Positions 1 through 12,800 of a stretch of 64,000 nucleotides of DNA are shown here, piece by piece (position 1 is the first letter of the stretch; every line of letters begins with the position of its first letter). The notes under the pieces were generated by a model. It saw nothing but the letters and a program-made list of their open reading frames with translations. It was not told the origin of the DNA and searched no databases. Made by a program: the position numbers and the translations under genes. Source of the stretch: Octopus vulgaris (taxonomy: Eukaryota); contig OX597816.1 in the NCBI GenBank assembly GCA_951406725.2, positions 149,482,001-149,546,000 of the forward strand, written 5' to 3'.

Positions 1-519
1 TAAGGGGTAAATGTAATGAAGAACAAGTGTTGGGTGGATAAGTTGATGAGGTAGGGAAGAGGAGGTGACAACTGTAGAGATTTGATAGAGTTCACAGGTG
101 AATGTAGTAAATGGTGGATAAGGGGTAGATGACCAATAATGCTGAGAATGTGTGTGCTGAAGAGCAGCAGAATAGCAATGATGGTACTGTAGACAAGGGA
201 AGGATCAGAGAGAGAGAGAGAGATGATGGGTGGTTGGGTACAGTGTGAGTGTATGAGAAAGGGAGAGAGAGAGAGAGGCCTGCACAATGTGTGGGGACAA
301 TAAGAAATATTGATGTAAGATGTGGTTGTAGAGGACAGTATTAAGGATGTGGGATGTATATCAAGTGAAATATTCTGGGTAGTGAGAGAGGTTAATGATA
401 ATATGGAAAAGCTGCAGTTAGAGAAATGAAGGGTAGTGAGGGTGTCTTTGGAGGGGGGTGGGATTGGTTATAAAGATCCAGTTGTGCACACACACACACA
501 CACACACACACCGACAGGA

Positions 520-990
520 CTTAGTTTTGCTAGGTTGTGAAGGTCTTCTTGAGAACCACATGTTGCAGTTATACCATACCCTAGTCATCTCCTCCATGAG
601 GTTCAAGGTCCTGAAATCTAGCTCTCACTGCTTTATCTCATCTTCCTGGGTCTCTCTCTTTCACATGTCCATACCAGCACAGTCTTCTTTCTTGCACACT
701 ACATCTGATTCCTCTTATGCCCGATTATCCTCTCAGCACATTTGTACTTTGTCATTTTTGTATACTTGCACTGCACATCCAATGGAGCATACTCAATTCA
801 TTTATTTCTAGTCTTCTCAAGTCCTTTGCATTCAAGGGCTATGTTTCACTATCATGCAGCATTGCAGTTATAATACAAGTGTCAGATAATCTGCCCTTCA
901 TTCTGAGAGAAGAGTCCCTTGTTTCTTGTAGGGTAGAGGAACCTTGAACTGTTGTCTATAGTTACCCTACCCTGCTAATTATGTCTCCTA
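520..990 (-). mobile_element. Decayed RTE LINE 3' ORF fragment (similar fragment at about 5040-5520)
   Basis: Aligns by eye with the RTE C-terminal region at 54250-54540 (RLCWYGH...KTWDEVVKHD-type). Confidence 0.6.
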
Positions 991-2049
991 GGTAACAAAA
1001 ACTATCACACACACAAATTTGTAGTGCAATATATGGGTTCATATCCATATCACACAATATATGGATTCATATCCTTTATCACACAAAGCTCCTCTAGCAG
1101 ACTCAGCTAGCAGGCCACATTGTAATCCAATCTGGAAGAGTATAACGCAGAGTTCCCTGCAGCTGAAATTCAGGAGATCCAATTGATAAAATTATTTCAT
1201 GAGAAGTGTATAAACCATAAAATATCAGGAGGTATGAGAGGTAAATATATTTAACTACTTGTCATCCTTAGGATTACACCCATTTTGCAGCCTTCATCAT
1301 GTAATAATAATTTCAGTGCATATAATGTTTACATATCTGCTGTAACATGCATGTTATGCGTTATATAATTGTATGTTTACAAATCCATGATGCCTGGCTT
1401 TTTATGGTTTATATACTCTTCATGAAATACTCGCTTTGATCAGATGTCCTGGATTTCAGCTGCATAGAACTCTGTGTGTGTGTACGCTAGATAAAACATT
1501 TTTGATAAAGCCAGAACAACTCAAAATGAAATACAAAGTGAACTACAAAAGTGAAAACAGAACAATAGTTGAAGTTTTACCTTGTGTTTTCATGTGACTC
1601 CTTCCTCAAAGCTGTTGTCTTGTTTTCACTTTTGTTGTTTTTTTCATCTAATTCAGCAGCTCACAATGCTTCATCCTAATTCCTAATTATCCTATATATA
1701 TATATATATATATACAAAATCAGAAAATGGAGAAATACATCTAAATCATTAATCAACTACCAGATAATACCCAATCACATACTTTATTAAACCACTACAT
1801 AAGAACATTAAGGTTAAACATAAAAATATATAATATGTACCTATTGTATTGTATTACTCATTCATGTACGCTGTTTTGTTATATATTATATATATAGCAG
1901 TATATTGGATATATGTTATCCCATGGAGGGTTGAATTTGCAACCCCTATCTCAATTTGTATATATATAAATATATATAAATTTGTTAAAGCATATTACAA
2001 TTGTTCAATCAAAAAGAATGCTTACTCATTAAACACAAGTGAGAATTCT

Positions 2050-3120
2050 TCAATAATCTGTAGCACAAACATTTCTCAGGGAATCTCAGTGTTGTTAGTG
2101 CTTAGAGTCTCAGTACTTAGAAAGCTTGGTTTAACCTGTAACCACTTTATAAGATGCCCAATGTGTTAGGGATATATAATTGTGAAAGCAACCAAATCTT
2201 GCATTGCCCTCATTTCTAAGTAAATGTAAGCTGTGATTGGCTTACATCAGAACTACTTGACATCCAGCCTAGACTTTTTGAAATCAGCTTTCTTTCTTGG
2301 GTTTTAGCAGAAGACAGTGGAACCATTCTTTGCTTGATTGTAGTTATAATATTCCATGCTAAGATCATTAATGTCTGAGAAGTAACTCATCAAATTAGCA
2401 CTTAGAACTCCCTACTCCCTTTTTTTTTTCTTAAGTTATTTCTACAGGTAATGTTTTACCTTTCCATCAAAACTTTTCTCTTGGTTACTGCTTTCAACAC
2501 AGCAACTCCAAATTGATAATTTCTTCTAAATAACATGAGCTTTCCTTTGGTTCTAACAATGCTCATATCTTGTACCAATATAATCAAATCATTGAGAAGA
2601 CTGGAAATATCAGCCAAATATCCCAGGCTAACAATAAAATATTCATCTTCAAAATTCTTTTCAAGAGAAAATTGTTAATGCATAAGAAATTCAATAACTA
2701 TATCCTGATGTCACATCTGTGTGGTACCTTAAATCACAAAGTTCAACTCCAGTCCCACCACATCTACTAATTAAGTTGACTGCACAACTTTAGTATCACT
2801 TTTTTTTTACTTTTCTTTGATATTGTTTTGGAGGTCAAAGCTGGGTGACAATAGAATGCAGCAAATCTGGAGCTTTCTCCTTGACCAGGGTATCAAATCC
2901 AGATTTCTTGCCAATCATAGCAGAGGTTCATCTGTAGAACCAATCAAGTTCTATGAGAGCTAATGCAACCAAAGAACAGTTGGATTGACCCCATCTGCTG
3001 GCATTGGTTGGATAGGTCATAACAGTTTGAGTCAGTTCTTATTCAGAGACATTGTCCTCAAAGCTGGATTGTGAAACCATGTCTCACTCAAATATTTCAA
3101 ATTTGACATGTTTTTTTTTT
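2050..3120 (-). mobile_element. Decayed hAT (Buster/Charlie, ZBED5/SCAND3-like) transposase remnant
   Basis: Minus-strand fragments MIGKKSGFDTLVKEKAPD, LRYHTDV, FEDEYFIVSLGYLADISSLLNDL, with stops and frameshifts. Confidence 0.75.
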
Positions 3121-5819
3121 TAGAAACTCTTTCTTACACAAAATCCTTTTGCACAATGTACTGGGTGTATTTCATTGTGGCACTAGTACTAGAGAGGTTT
3201 CTCATATCCTCTACAAGACAAGACTTAGGGCTTCACTGCCCTGCACTGTCTGCACTTGTTTGTAAACCTTTTTAGAGTGCACTGGGTACATTTTTATTGT
3301 GACACTAGCACTAGTCTGTTGCTTTGTATCCTGTGAAACATAATGGGTTCTCTTACTGCTCTATATTGTCTTTGTTTGGCTAATAAAGTGAGTAGAAGAG
3401 AGGGCAATTGCAGAATATAAATTAGAATAAAAGGAGGAAAAAAGCAAGAGTGTAAAGAGAGAGACAGTGTGATTAGGCTGACAGTATGGAAAAGAACGTA
3501 GGGAAGGGACAGATAGTGCTGGAAGGTGTAATGGCAGGGTGTAAAGAGACAGTGATGGTAGAGGGTAATGAGAAAGAGTAAGTGATAGATAGTTGTTAAA
3601 TGGTCAGTGGTAAAAATGAAAGGTATAGCAACAAAATGTAAGGTATAGCAACAAGTGACCTAAAGAGGAGGGTAGCAATATAGTAAAGAAGGTACATGTG
3701 CAGAGTAGGTGAGATGGTGATGGTAAGAGAGTGATGGGTATCTGAGGGAGAGGAAGTAAAAGCTGGAACATGTATCATAATGGGAAAGTGAAATTTATGG
3801 GGGCTAAATATTTGCTGATAGAAGAGAGAGAGCTAGGGGAGGTGCATCACATACTAACAATGCTTATGTATTCTTTCATTACTTGGTCATCATGAGGAGA
3901 GAGAGGCACAAAATATTGATAGTAAATACTGATAAGAGAGTGACACACAGATGTACAAATGAAAAAAGGGGGTATTCAACATGTTTGTAGTATTTATATA
4001 TATTTGTATCAAAAGGTTGTTTTACTTGAAGTTTCAGAGATGTAAGAAAAACACCATTGATTGTTTATATGCTTAGTTCTGAGTGACCAGACTTTCATAG
4101 CTTCTATGTAAGCTGATTGTCATTGGATGATGAATAAGGTTTGGATGATGAATAAGGTTCTTCTGATATTTGTTGTAGCAGATAAGGGTTACTATCAACT
4201 GCTGAATGCTATTGTGTAAGGCTGCTAGTAGTTAGTAATTGAATCAATTGCTGACAATTGATGCTGTGCGGGAGGTAGCTGATGGCCAGAAGTAGTCCCC
4301 ACTGTCCTGGTGAGATATATTCCAGTATTAAGAATTAAGTTTATGGGAGATTATGGAAGTATTATGAAAGTTTCCGGAAGTTATTATTAACAACTAATGA
4401 CTTGCAGTTAGCCTCATTGTTGGTAGTAGGGACACAGTTCATATTTTATGTAAAGAAAAGCAGTGAGTTATGGATATATGTGAAGCAAAAGCTTTTGAGA
4501 TGCTATTGCCTGCTGGTGGTTTAAAGATAACTAGTAGAAAGCCCTGCTTGTGGCAGCAAAATATCAGCTTGGTGTTGTTAAGGGATACAGCTGGGAGTAG
4601 AGAGAGAATACTGTGTATGTGTGTGATCAACAACAATAGTAATATTATGATAGTAAGGAGAGTGAGCTATTAATGGATAATGCTGGTGGTGAGTGAAAGT
4701 AAGGGAGAGACTGATGAATATCAATAATGAGTGACTGGAGATAGGGAGAGGAAGGGATGGTTAGCAGTACAGAAGGGTGATGGATGGAAAGTTTAATAGA
4801 GATAGACTTGAAAAGCTCTTCTCTTGATGACATGAGATAGTGACATGGTGTAGTGAATAGGAAAGAGAGTGAGTAGTAGGTAAGAGGATAATGAAGAAGA
4901 GAGGGGCAGTAGATGGAGATTTAACAGAAAGTTAATGGATAAACTTAATGGACACAACTATATACATTACACACTCCATTCTTCAATACTATCCCATTTT
5001 AACATTCATTTTGCCTCAGATGCATGTATGGGCATGTCTTCTGTGGTACCACATCACCACTTGTCATAGTCCTTTTTCATCTCCTTTGTGAGGCTCAGCA
5101 TTCTGTGATCAGTATTTACTACTTCAACTTAGGAATTCTTAAGTCACCCTCTTTCACAGGTTCCATTCATTTTGAGTATGCAAACACTTCCTTATTCAAC
5201 TGACATCCTCCATGCTCAACTCATTCCCATACAAGCTCAGTTTTCTGTCTTGCATACTACAACTGTTTCCTCTTATGTCCAAATTTTCTCCCAAGCTTAT
5301 TCATACACCATAACATTACACATCTGACAGAACATGCTCACTTTATTTATTTCTAGTCTTCATAAATCCTCACTACTCAAGGTTCATGTCTTACTAACTA
5401 TCTATAACATCACACTTCATACACTACTTTCATATAATCTGCCCCTTTCTCTAAAAAACAAACCCTAAATTACCAGTTGAGATAACAGATTCCTGAGATT
5501 CCTTGTTCTTTCAGAAAACCTGCTTCTGCTAATAATTTGATCACTTTGGTAGCTATCAACTATTTTTAGGGAGCCTATTTAGAAGAATCTATTATGGTCT
5601 ACTACTATTATTACTGGCTACTATGAAACTGCTGAATACAAAACCTTCTTTGTTAGCTTACCTCTGATCCTACAACACTATTTGTGTGCCTATAGTTTAC
5701 ATTGTATACACTGTATTGAATTCCTACCAACTCCTTTTCTACATACCAAGCACAGCCATTCCCCTGAGGGTAATGAAATCCTATATCCTTTCTTGCTTAC
5801 TAAAATTTTGCTTTGGAGC

Positions 5820-6500
5820 CTCTCAATTCTAGGTTTCCTGTCCTGGAAATTCTTTTCTTAGGTTTAGTTATAAGAAGTAGATCATCAGTGTATGATATTT
5901 CCCTCTAATAGTCTGTCAACCCATAATTGAGGGGTTTAACCCCTCAATTATGGGTTGATGGATGTTAATAAACAGAAATGAGACTAAGAGCTGACATCTG
6001 ATGGACCTCAGCTTGCGCACTATATTCCCTGTTAACCCAATTGCTGATTCACACTTTATTGACTGCACCTTTGTTCATCATTTGTGCAGCTCTTACAATC
6101 CTTTTTTATCTGCATTCTTGTTTCTTTAGCAACTATCAAACTACGTACTGTGTAACCCTGTCAAAAGCCTTCTCCAGATCAATGAATGTTAGATATAGGG
6201 AATTACTCTTAGCCAAGTACTTCTCTGATAGTCTCCTCACTAGGAAGGACACCATCAAGAGCATTACCTCCCAGCACAAAGCCAAACTGCATCTCATCCC
6301 AGCTTATCACTTATGCTATAACTCTTTCCATAACTTTCATAACCTGATCCATCAGTTTGATGACTCTAGTCCTCTCTCTCTCTCTAGCGCATACCTTTAG
6401 CTCTACCAGTCATTGGATCTGACACCTTTTACTACCCGATTGACTGTGAATAACAAGCATGTGATTTTCTTTGCTAGATATCTTCAGCATCTCAGTGACT
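5820..6500 (-). mobile_element. RTE-clade reverse transcriptase remnant
   Basis: Minus strand reads LVRRLSEKYLAK...FIDLEKAFDRV...VHQMSALS...YTDDL. Confidence 0.8.
5916..5958. repeat. Perfect 43-bp palindrome
   Basis: tcaacccataattgaggggtt-t-aacccctcaattatgggttga (21+1+21). Confidence 0.97.
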
Positions 6501-8275
6501 TCTTTCTCTAGCTGTCTTCCTTGTTTTCATATCCTACTGTTGTTGACTTCAATGGCTTGTTCCTCTGTTGTGCTAGCATAGCTAAAAATGGTTTGGTTGA
6601 GCAGCCAATTCCAAACAGTATTTTTGGGTGTAGTAGCAATTCTGATCTATTGCAATGTAAAAAAAAATTAGATTTTTTTGTCTGGAAAGTAAAGATGCCA
6701 GACAAAATTCCCCCACCCACCACAAATGTATTCATTAAAAGATTTGTCGACCATCATTTCTACATAAGCACTTGTAATTAATAATAGCATTGGTATAAAT
6801 GCATTTAGTTTATAAAGAAGGGAAATAATCCATTAAGTCTTATAAGTATACAATCAGTATAAATGAACAATGAATATTAAAACTTTTATGCTAGTATTAA
6901 TTGCCAACTGATAATAGTAATCCCAGGATTAGGTCAAGTAGGAATTTGAGGGAAGCAGTCAAATGCAAATTGAATTCTAAGACTGTCTCAAACTTTTACA
7001 GAGCATGAAGCTTTGTGGTATCTCATCCCTTAATTGACTCCATACAGTTTCCCTATATTTTTATTAGTGGCTAAAAGCTAACAGCAGGAAGTAACTTCAT
7101 CTTTTCTTATTCTGTTATCTTTCAAAGTGCCAGTCCAGAAGAAATTAATTATTAGGTTAATAACTACACTATTTTTTCTTTCCTTCCCCAGGTAAATAGG
7201 TTTAAAAAAAAGTGTGGTGCTAGTTTCTAAAAGGAGAAAGAAAGGCTGGAGAGGAAGGTATCAAACCAACCTACCTGACACCATTCCATGATACAAGCTT
7301 TCTGTTTTAAAGTGAGCTAAACTATAGCTTTCAATGAAATTTCATGTTAATTTGTGCTTCAAACACCAGCTTAATCATGATAAGTTATGTTATCAAATAC
7401 TTTGAGATTTTCAAAATTGAGTGTATTTTGACAGAAATTTGGTAACAAAAGGGTTTTAAAAAGAGTGAAAGTATGAACGGGCATCATTGAAATATCTCAT
7501 TTGAAAAGAATCTACAATTACTAAAGTTTGAAGCAGGTTTTTAATCTCAACCATCAAGTTTAAATGATTCTTCAACTTCAAGCAATTTATCAGCCCTGTT
7601 TCATAAAGATAATCAGTCTGATTAGGTGAATATCATTTGGGGGGCGTTTAATTAATGACAAGCCAAATCTGTGATATGGGTTTGATTTTCAGTTAAGCCA
7701 TTTCATTTCACTTATTGGTCATAATTTTTGATTTCTGACTTTAGAGCTTGGAGAGGGACATGCTTTACTAATTTGACTAGCTCTTGATATTCTTACATAG
7801 AGCCATCCTGATATATTTACATGAAACTTTTAATAATCACCGAACAGCATTTCCAAAGATCAGCTCTGATAGAGCAGACCTGTGATCAAAAATGTCCCAA
7901 CCCATGCGTCTATCATGGCCATCCCCTATCCCTTTTTTCAGACTGAGTGTATCCTGGGCTACACCATCTGATGTCTTCTAACTTTTAAGACAAAGTATGA
8001 TTTAAGTAAAGTATGATTTATTTGGCTGCAATTTCTAGTAAGTTGAAAGATATTTTAGCAATTTGTTAGGACTGAAATATTTTCTGGTTTTGAACAGGAA
8101 ATCTAGTTTAGCTAATGTGACTTAGCTACTTATAGCATATGATGTCTTCATTAAAAGTTGTAGTGTCTTTCTGATGTTGCTGGATAATCCAGATACATCT
8201 GTTTTCATGTAACTGGTAAAATACCAGGTGTATTTTATTTATTTATTTATTTCTGTAAATGTCAGTTTCCCATAC

Positions 8276-8486
8276 AAAATATTTCATCCAATCTTTCTTC
8301 TTTAATCACGACAACTTTTCTGAACTTCCATTTTACATATGTTTCTCCTTGCCAATCTGAAAGGGCTTGTAAGGAGTACAAAACCTGTAATGCCAGATCT
8401 TTTAGGATTGAAGACACATGTTTTATAAGACTGATTGCTATTAGATGACAATACTCATGAAGAAAGGGGGCAACAAAGTTATTACT
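8276..8486 (-). CDS. Candidate exon (SNNFVAPFLHEYCHLIAISLIKHVSSILKDLALQVLYSLQALSDWQGETYVKWKFRKVVVIKEERLDEIF)
   Basis: 70 open codons with protein-like composition, pyrimidine-rich sequence upstream, donor |gtatgg; missed by the ORF track for lack of an early start codon. Confidence 0.45.
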
Positions 8487-8564
8487 CTTTAGGGGTTGAT
8501 GTTCAAGGAAATAGAATATAAAAATGGTGATAAAAAGAAACGATTTTGTTCACTTTTTTTTATA

Positions 8565-9160
8565 TTCTTTTACTTGTTTCAGTCATTTGATTGTGGCCAT
8601 GCTGGAGCACTACCTTTTAGTTGAAGAAATTGACCCCAGGACTTAGTCTTTGTAAGCATGGTACTTATTCTATTGGTCTCTTTTGTCGAACTGCTAAGTT
8701 ACAGGAATGTAAACACACCAACATCAGTTGTCAAGTGATGGGGAGCGGGGGGCAGACATAGACACAAATACATTGTGCCTGAATCTCCTCAGCCAAATCT
8801 GCCAGGAACAGCTACTAGAATTTGTACCTGCCATACCTGTAAATTCATTTGAAGTGGTTAAATACCATTTAAACAGATGAGTGGATTTTGTAGACAGAAA
8901 CTGAAAGAAGCCCGTTTTGCTTAACCATTTTCTCACACCGTCCCTGATGAAGGAATATAAAAAATATCCTGGAAACAGCTGTAAGAAAATGGGTAAGCAA
9001 AACGGGCTTCTTTCAGTTTCCGTCTACCAAATCCACTCACACGGCTTTGATTGGCCCAAGGCTATAGTAGAAGAAACTTGCCCATGGTGCCTCACAGTGG
9101 GACTGAATCTGCAACCATGTGGTTGGGAAGCGAGCTTCTTACCACACAGCCACTCCCTAT
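8565..9160 (-). mobile_element. tRNA/CORE SINE (OR2-like), interrupted by an inverted duplication and a hammerhead motif
   Basis: Matches the intact copy at 56801-57207; insert spans about 8771-8999. Confidence 0.85.
8934..8992 (+). ncRNA. Minimal Penelope-type hammerhead ribozyme core, possibly inactive
   Basis: CTGATGA (8944-8950), stem II aggaatat/atatcct, then GAAAC-AGCT-GTA with a palindromic stem III loop; stem I does not pair next to the core. Confidence 0.55.
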
Positions 9161-10268
9161 AGTTTTATTATACTCCTTCTCTATAATAATCTCAAAGTGT
9201 CTTATGTATTTACTCTGTTTTGTATAATCACTTTACAAAAATTTATTTGTTATCTCCCTATTTTATATTTTTTCTTAATCTTTTTGTATTCCCTATACTT
9301 CTCAATTCAGTCTGTAGTTTTCATGTTTCAATCATTACCATCATCATCTTCAACTCTTCACTTTTCACCATCCCTTTTCTCACACTTATTTTCTATTTGC
9401 CTCAATAGACTGTTGTGTGGATTGAAAGCTTGTTTATTGATTTGTCATGCAGATTGCATGTCATAAGGAGTGTAGGATAAGGCATTAACTATTAGTCTGT
9501 TGATGCAGCTGTTGTTCTTGTGTGTTGTGAGTACATGGAATATGCAATGCAAATAAAAGAAAATAAGGGACTATGTCTGAATAGAAAGTGCATTACGGTT
9601 AGGTTGTGCAGTGGTAAGACAAAGATAATCAATCCAGAGAAAGAGATTGTGTGGGATGCTGTACATTATCTGCAAAATATAAACATGGATGTATTTAGCA
9701 TTTACTCTGACATGGAACTTTATTTGTTATTTATACATTTATTTGTATTTTAACATTTCTTTTTGTAAACATGCCTATTGTTATATTTTTTCTGTGTTAG
9801 TCATGCCTTTTAAATTATGTAGTTATTGTCGGCTGATTCAGTAGATGGCCAGACTAGTGACCAAAAGAATGAGTATTCATATTCTGTCACTGGAACCTTG
9901 TTGTGTTTGCTAAAATTGCACCCAGTAGGCCAACTCTTATCAGTTCAGTTCACAAGAAGTATTGTTCCTCTGTTTTTACTTAAGGGATATTGTAATTAAT
10001 AGATATTTCATTAACTTGCAGTGTTGAGCTCAAATAAGCAAAACTTGCTGTAGAATAGCCCAGACAGTGAAATATCTTTCTATATCTTGCTACTTTGAAA
10101 ACTGAGATAAACTTCTGCGGATCATAACACTTTCTGATGGTAGCTATCATAAATATAAAGAAAAATATAAAAAGAATTATGTAACAACAGTATGACTATA
10201 TGTTGTAAACCTATTTTATCATCATGGTACAGAGTAGACAAGGTATTAGTCTGCCTATATTTTAGGAT

Positions 10269-10529
10269 GAGACGAAGCCTAAGAATTGCATACGACAGAT
10301 AATAATTCATTGTATTTACTCATAGACTGTAGTATCTTGTGCTACAACACAACAAAACTTTAGAGAATAGACTTATCATTATCGTCGTCATTTAAGCAGA
10401 CGTTAAACGACAATGATGATGATAAGTCTATTCTTTAAAGTTTTGTTGTGTTGTAGCACAAGATACTTCAGTCTATGAGTATACACAAGGAATTATTATC
10501 TGTCTTCTGCCATTCTTAGGCTTCATCTC
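10269..10529. repeat. Inverted repeat with arms of about 125 bp, centred on a retroposon (GAT)n tail
   Basis: The left arm gagacgaagcctaagaatt...atcgtcgtcatttaa is the reverse complement of the right arm, roughly 90% identical. Confidence 0.95.
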
Positions 10530-10689
10530 TACCCAGAGAAAAAGACAATAGACATTTGAATCAATAGCATAGTGGTAACTAAGAGTTTGGAGGATCATAT
10601 ATTATCACAGTTGGCAGCAGGTTGGATCTGTAGTTAAAATGCTTAACTCACAAATGACTCGGTTGATTTACCAGTAAATAGCTAATGTA

Positions 10690-11000
10690 GAGTAAAATTA
10701 AATGGGTGCTGTGATTAATGCTGAAACAGCTGACTCCACTAAAACCTGCATTAGTGTTGCTACTAACCCTTTCAAATCTCACTACAATCAACATCCCCAT
10801 TCATTTAGAAACTTCCCTAGAGGTAATGTCACTTCACTTTCAAATTATATTCAGGAATTAAAGAATAAATATAACGCTTACAATTTAAGTTGGAAAATTC
10901 TCACCACAGCCATATCTTACATAAGAAATGAAAAAACCCTATAACATTTGTACTGCAGAAGTATATGAAATTATCTCAACATGTCTTTTATTCTTGATAG
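10690..11000 (+). mobile_element. Penelope-like element GIY-YIG endonuclease remnant
   Basis: PFKSHYNQHPHSFRN...TSLSNYIQELKNK...LSWKIL matches the FK.RY..H..SF...T.LS.YIW.LK pattern of Penelope-like endonucleases. Confidence 0.75.
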
Positions 11001-11665
11001 ATAATCATCAGAGATATATATGAACTAATACTTGCATTTCTAATTTCACATGAAGCCTAAAACTATTTAGCTATTGAACACCTACAGATATACTCATTTA
11101 GTTATTGAGTATATCTCTTATTCTACAATTAATTTTATAGTTTTGTATATTCTGAGAAATTAATTTTCATACCTGTGCATGTTCTTCTCTTCCAGTTCAC
11201 TTTTACTTACCCAATCTTAATTATAGAAACATGTTTTTAATGAATGTATGTATCTATTTATTTTTGAATGCATCAGCTATTTCATATTTATGTATTCTCT
11301 CTCTAACCTTGCTTTATTCATTTTTATATACTCTGTACATCTATACAATTTTTAACCTATGCCTTACACTTGGCCCCAAATCTAATTTCTTCTTATCCCA
11401 TGCCAGCATAGAAAATAGATGTTAAATGATGATGATGATGATAACTATATTACACATTTTTCTTACTATCCTTTTTTTACCTTGATATCCACTCTACTGT
11501 CATATGGAATTGCAAAGTCAAAGACTTTACATTGTTTTTCTGTTCTTCACATTCATTTCTAGTCTCTTTTATTCAGTGATCATTCTTTATGGAGAAATTT
11601 CATAAAATTTGGTAATTATCATTCACTTCTACCTTTCACAAGAAAGGCAGAAGTGAATGATAATT

Positions 11666-11912
11666 ACCTTGTGAAAGGTAGACGAGTCCAGTTTGCTGGA
11701 CATTGTTGTAGAGCTGAAAACGAGGTAATTTCTACTCTTCTCCTCTGGAAGCCATCTACTTGCGATACCAGAGGGCGCACACTCTCCTACCCTGATGTAA
11801 TCTCCAGGGATACAGGCATCCAGCAACAGGACCTCCGTAATGCTATGATGGACCGTGAAGTCTGGCGTAACATAGTAAATTCCATTGTCTCAACCACGGT
11901 CAATGATGATCA
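11666..11912 (+). mobile_element. 5'-truncated young RTE LINE 3' end
   Basis: RRVQFAGHCCRAENEVISTLLLWKP...RGRTLSYPDVISRDTG...AMMDREVWR followed by a gatgat tail; CpGs intact. Confidence 0.85.
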
Positions 11913-12512
11913 TCATTCACTATGGCAATGTGTGGTTTGTGTTCATACCACTTTTATGTTACTTGAAATCTACAGACTTGACTAGCATTCCAATCACTCT
12001 TTTACTGCCACACTCATATCTACATTTGTATTAGCTTACTGCATTCACTTAAAAAAATAGTTAATACTTCATCCCTTTCTCTACACATTCTGCATTTGCT
12101 GTCCTGTCTGAGTTCTACACATTTTGTCTGTATCAAATTCATTCCAGTAGCTTATTCCTCAGCACCTATAATTCACAATTCAGTTCCTCAATTCTAGTTT
12201 CCATTTATTATTTACAACCACTGTTCTTCTCTTTTCAACTATTTAGCTCATCATTCTTTCAATTTTTAAAATCTCTTTCTGTTTCAATGACTTCTTTGAT
12301 ATTTATAGCTGCTGACAGTAGCCTTTCCACACTATGTGCAACATAAGTTTTCAAATTTAGGATTTGTGATGTCTGTTACATTTAACAAACCTGTCTTCTT
12401 CCCTTCTTAGTAAACAGAGCCTGTTGATACTACTTTTATGGTGGTGCATTTTATGCATTGTGAGTTCCTAGTTTACTTCTATCCATTTCTTCTTATTATT
12501 ATTATCATTATT

Positions 12513-12800
12513 AAGGTGACAAGCTGGAAGAACCATTAGCATGATTTGGTTGTGCAGTGGTAAGACAAAGATAATCAATCCGGAGAGAGAGATTGTGTGG
12601 GATGCTGTACATTATCTGCAAAATGTTTAGCAGCATCTCTTCTGGTTCTTTACATTCCAAATTCAAATTCTACTGAGGTCAGCTTTGTTTTTCCACTAAT
12701 TCGAGGCCAGTAAAATAAGTACCAGTTGAGCACCAGGGTCGATATATTTGACTTATCCTTTCCTCTAAAGTTGCTGGCCTTGTACCAAAATTTGAAATCA
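12513..12800 (+). mobile_element. tRNA-derived SINE (OK-like family) carrying a 77-bp local insertion; related fragments at about 21850-21990, 28260-28600, 41790-41950, 57440-57860 and 60800-60985
   Basis: Shared motifs ttcaaattc..ctgaggtc..ctttg, aaataagtaccagtt, ggggtcgat, ctggccttgtgccaaaatttgaaa. Confidence 0.7.

Noticed and set aside
1541-1638. Hairpin with arms of about 30 bp as a pre-miRNA (also 45957-45992)
   Set aside because: Loop too large or stem too short and AT-rich; no recognisable miRNA.
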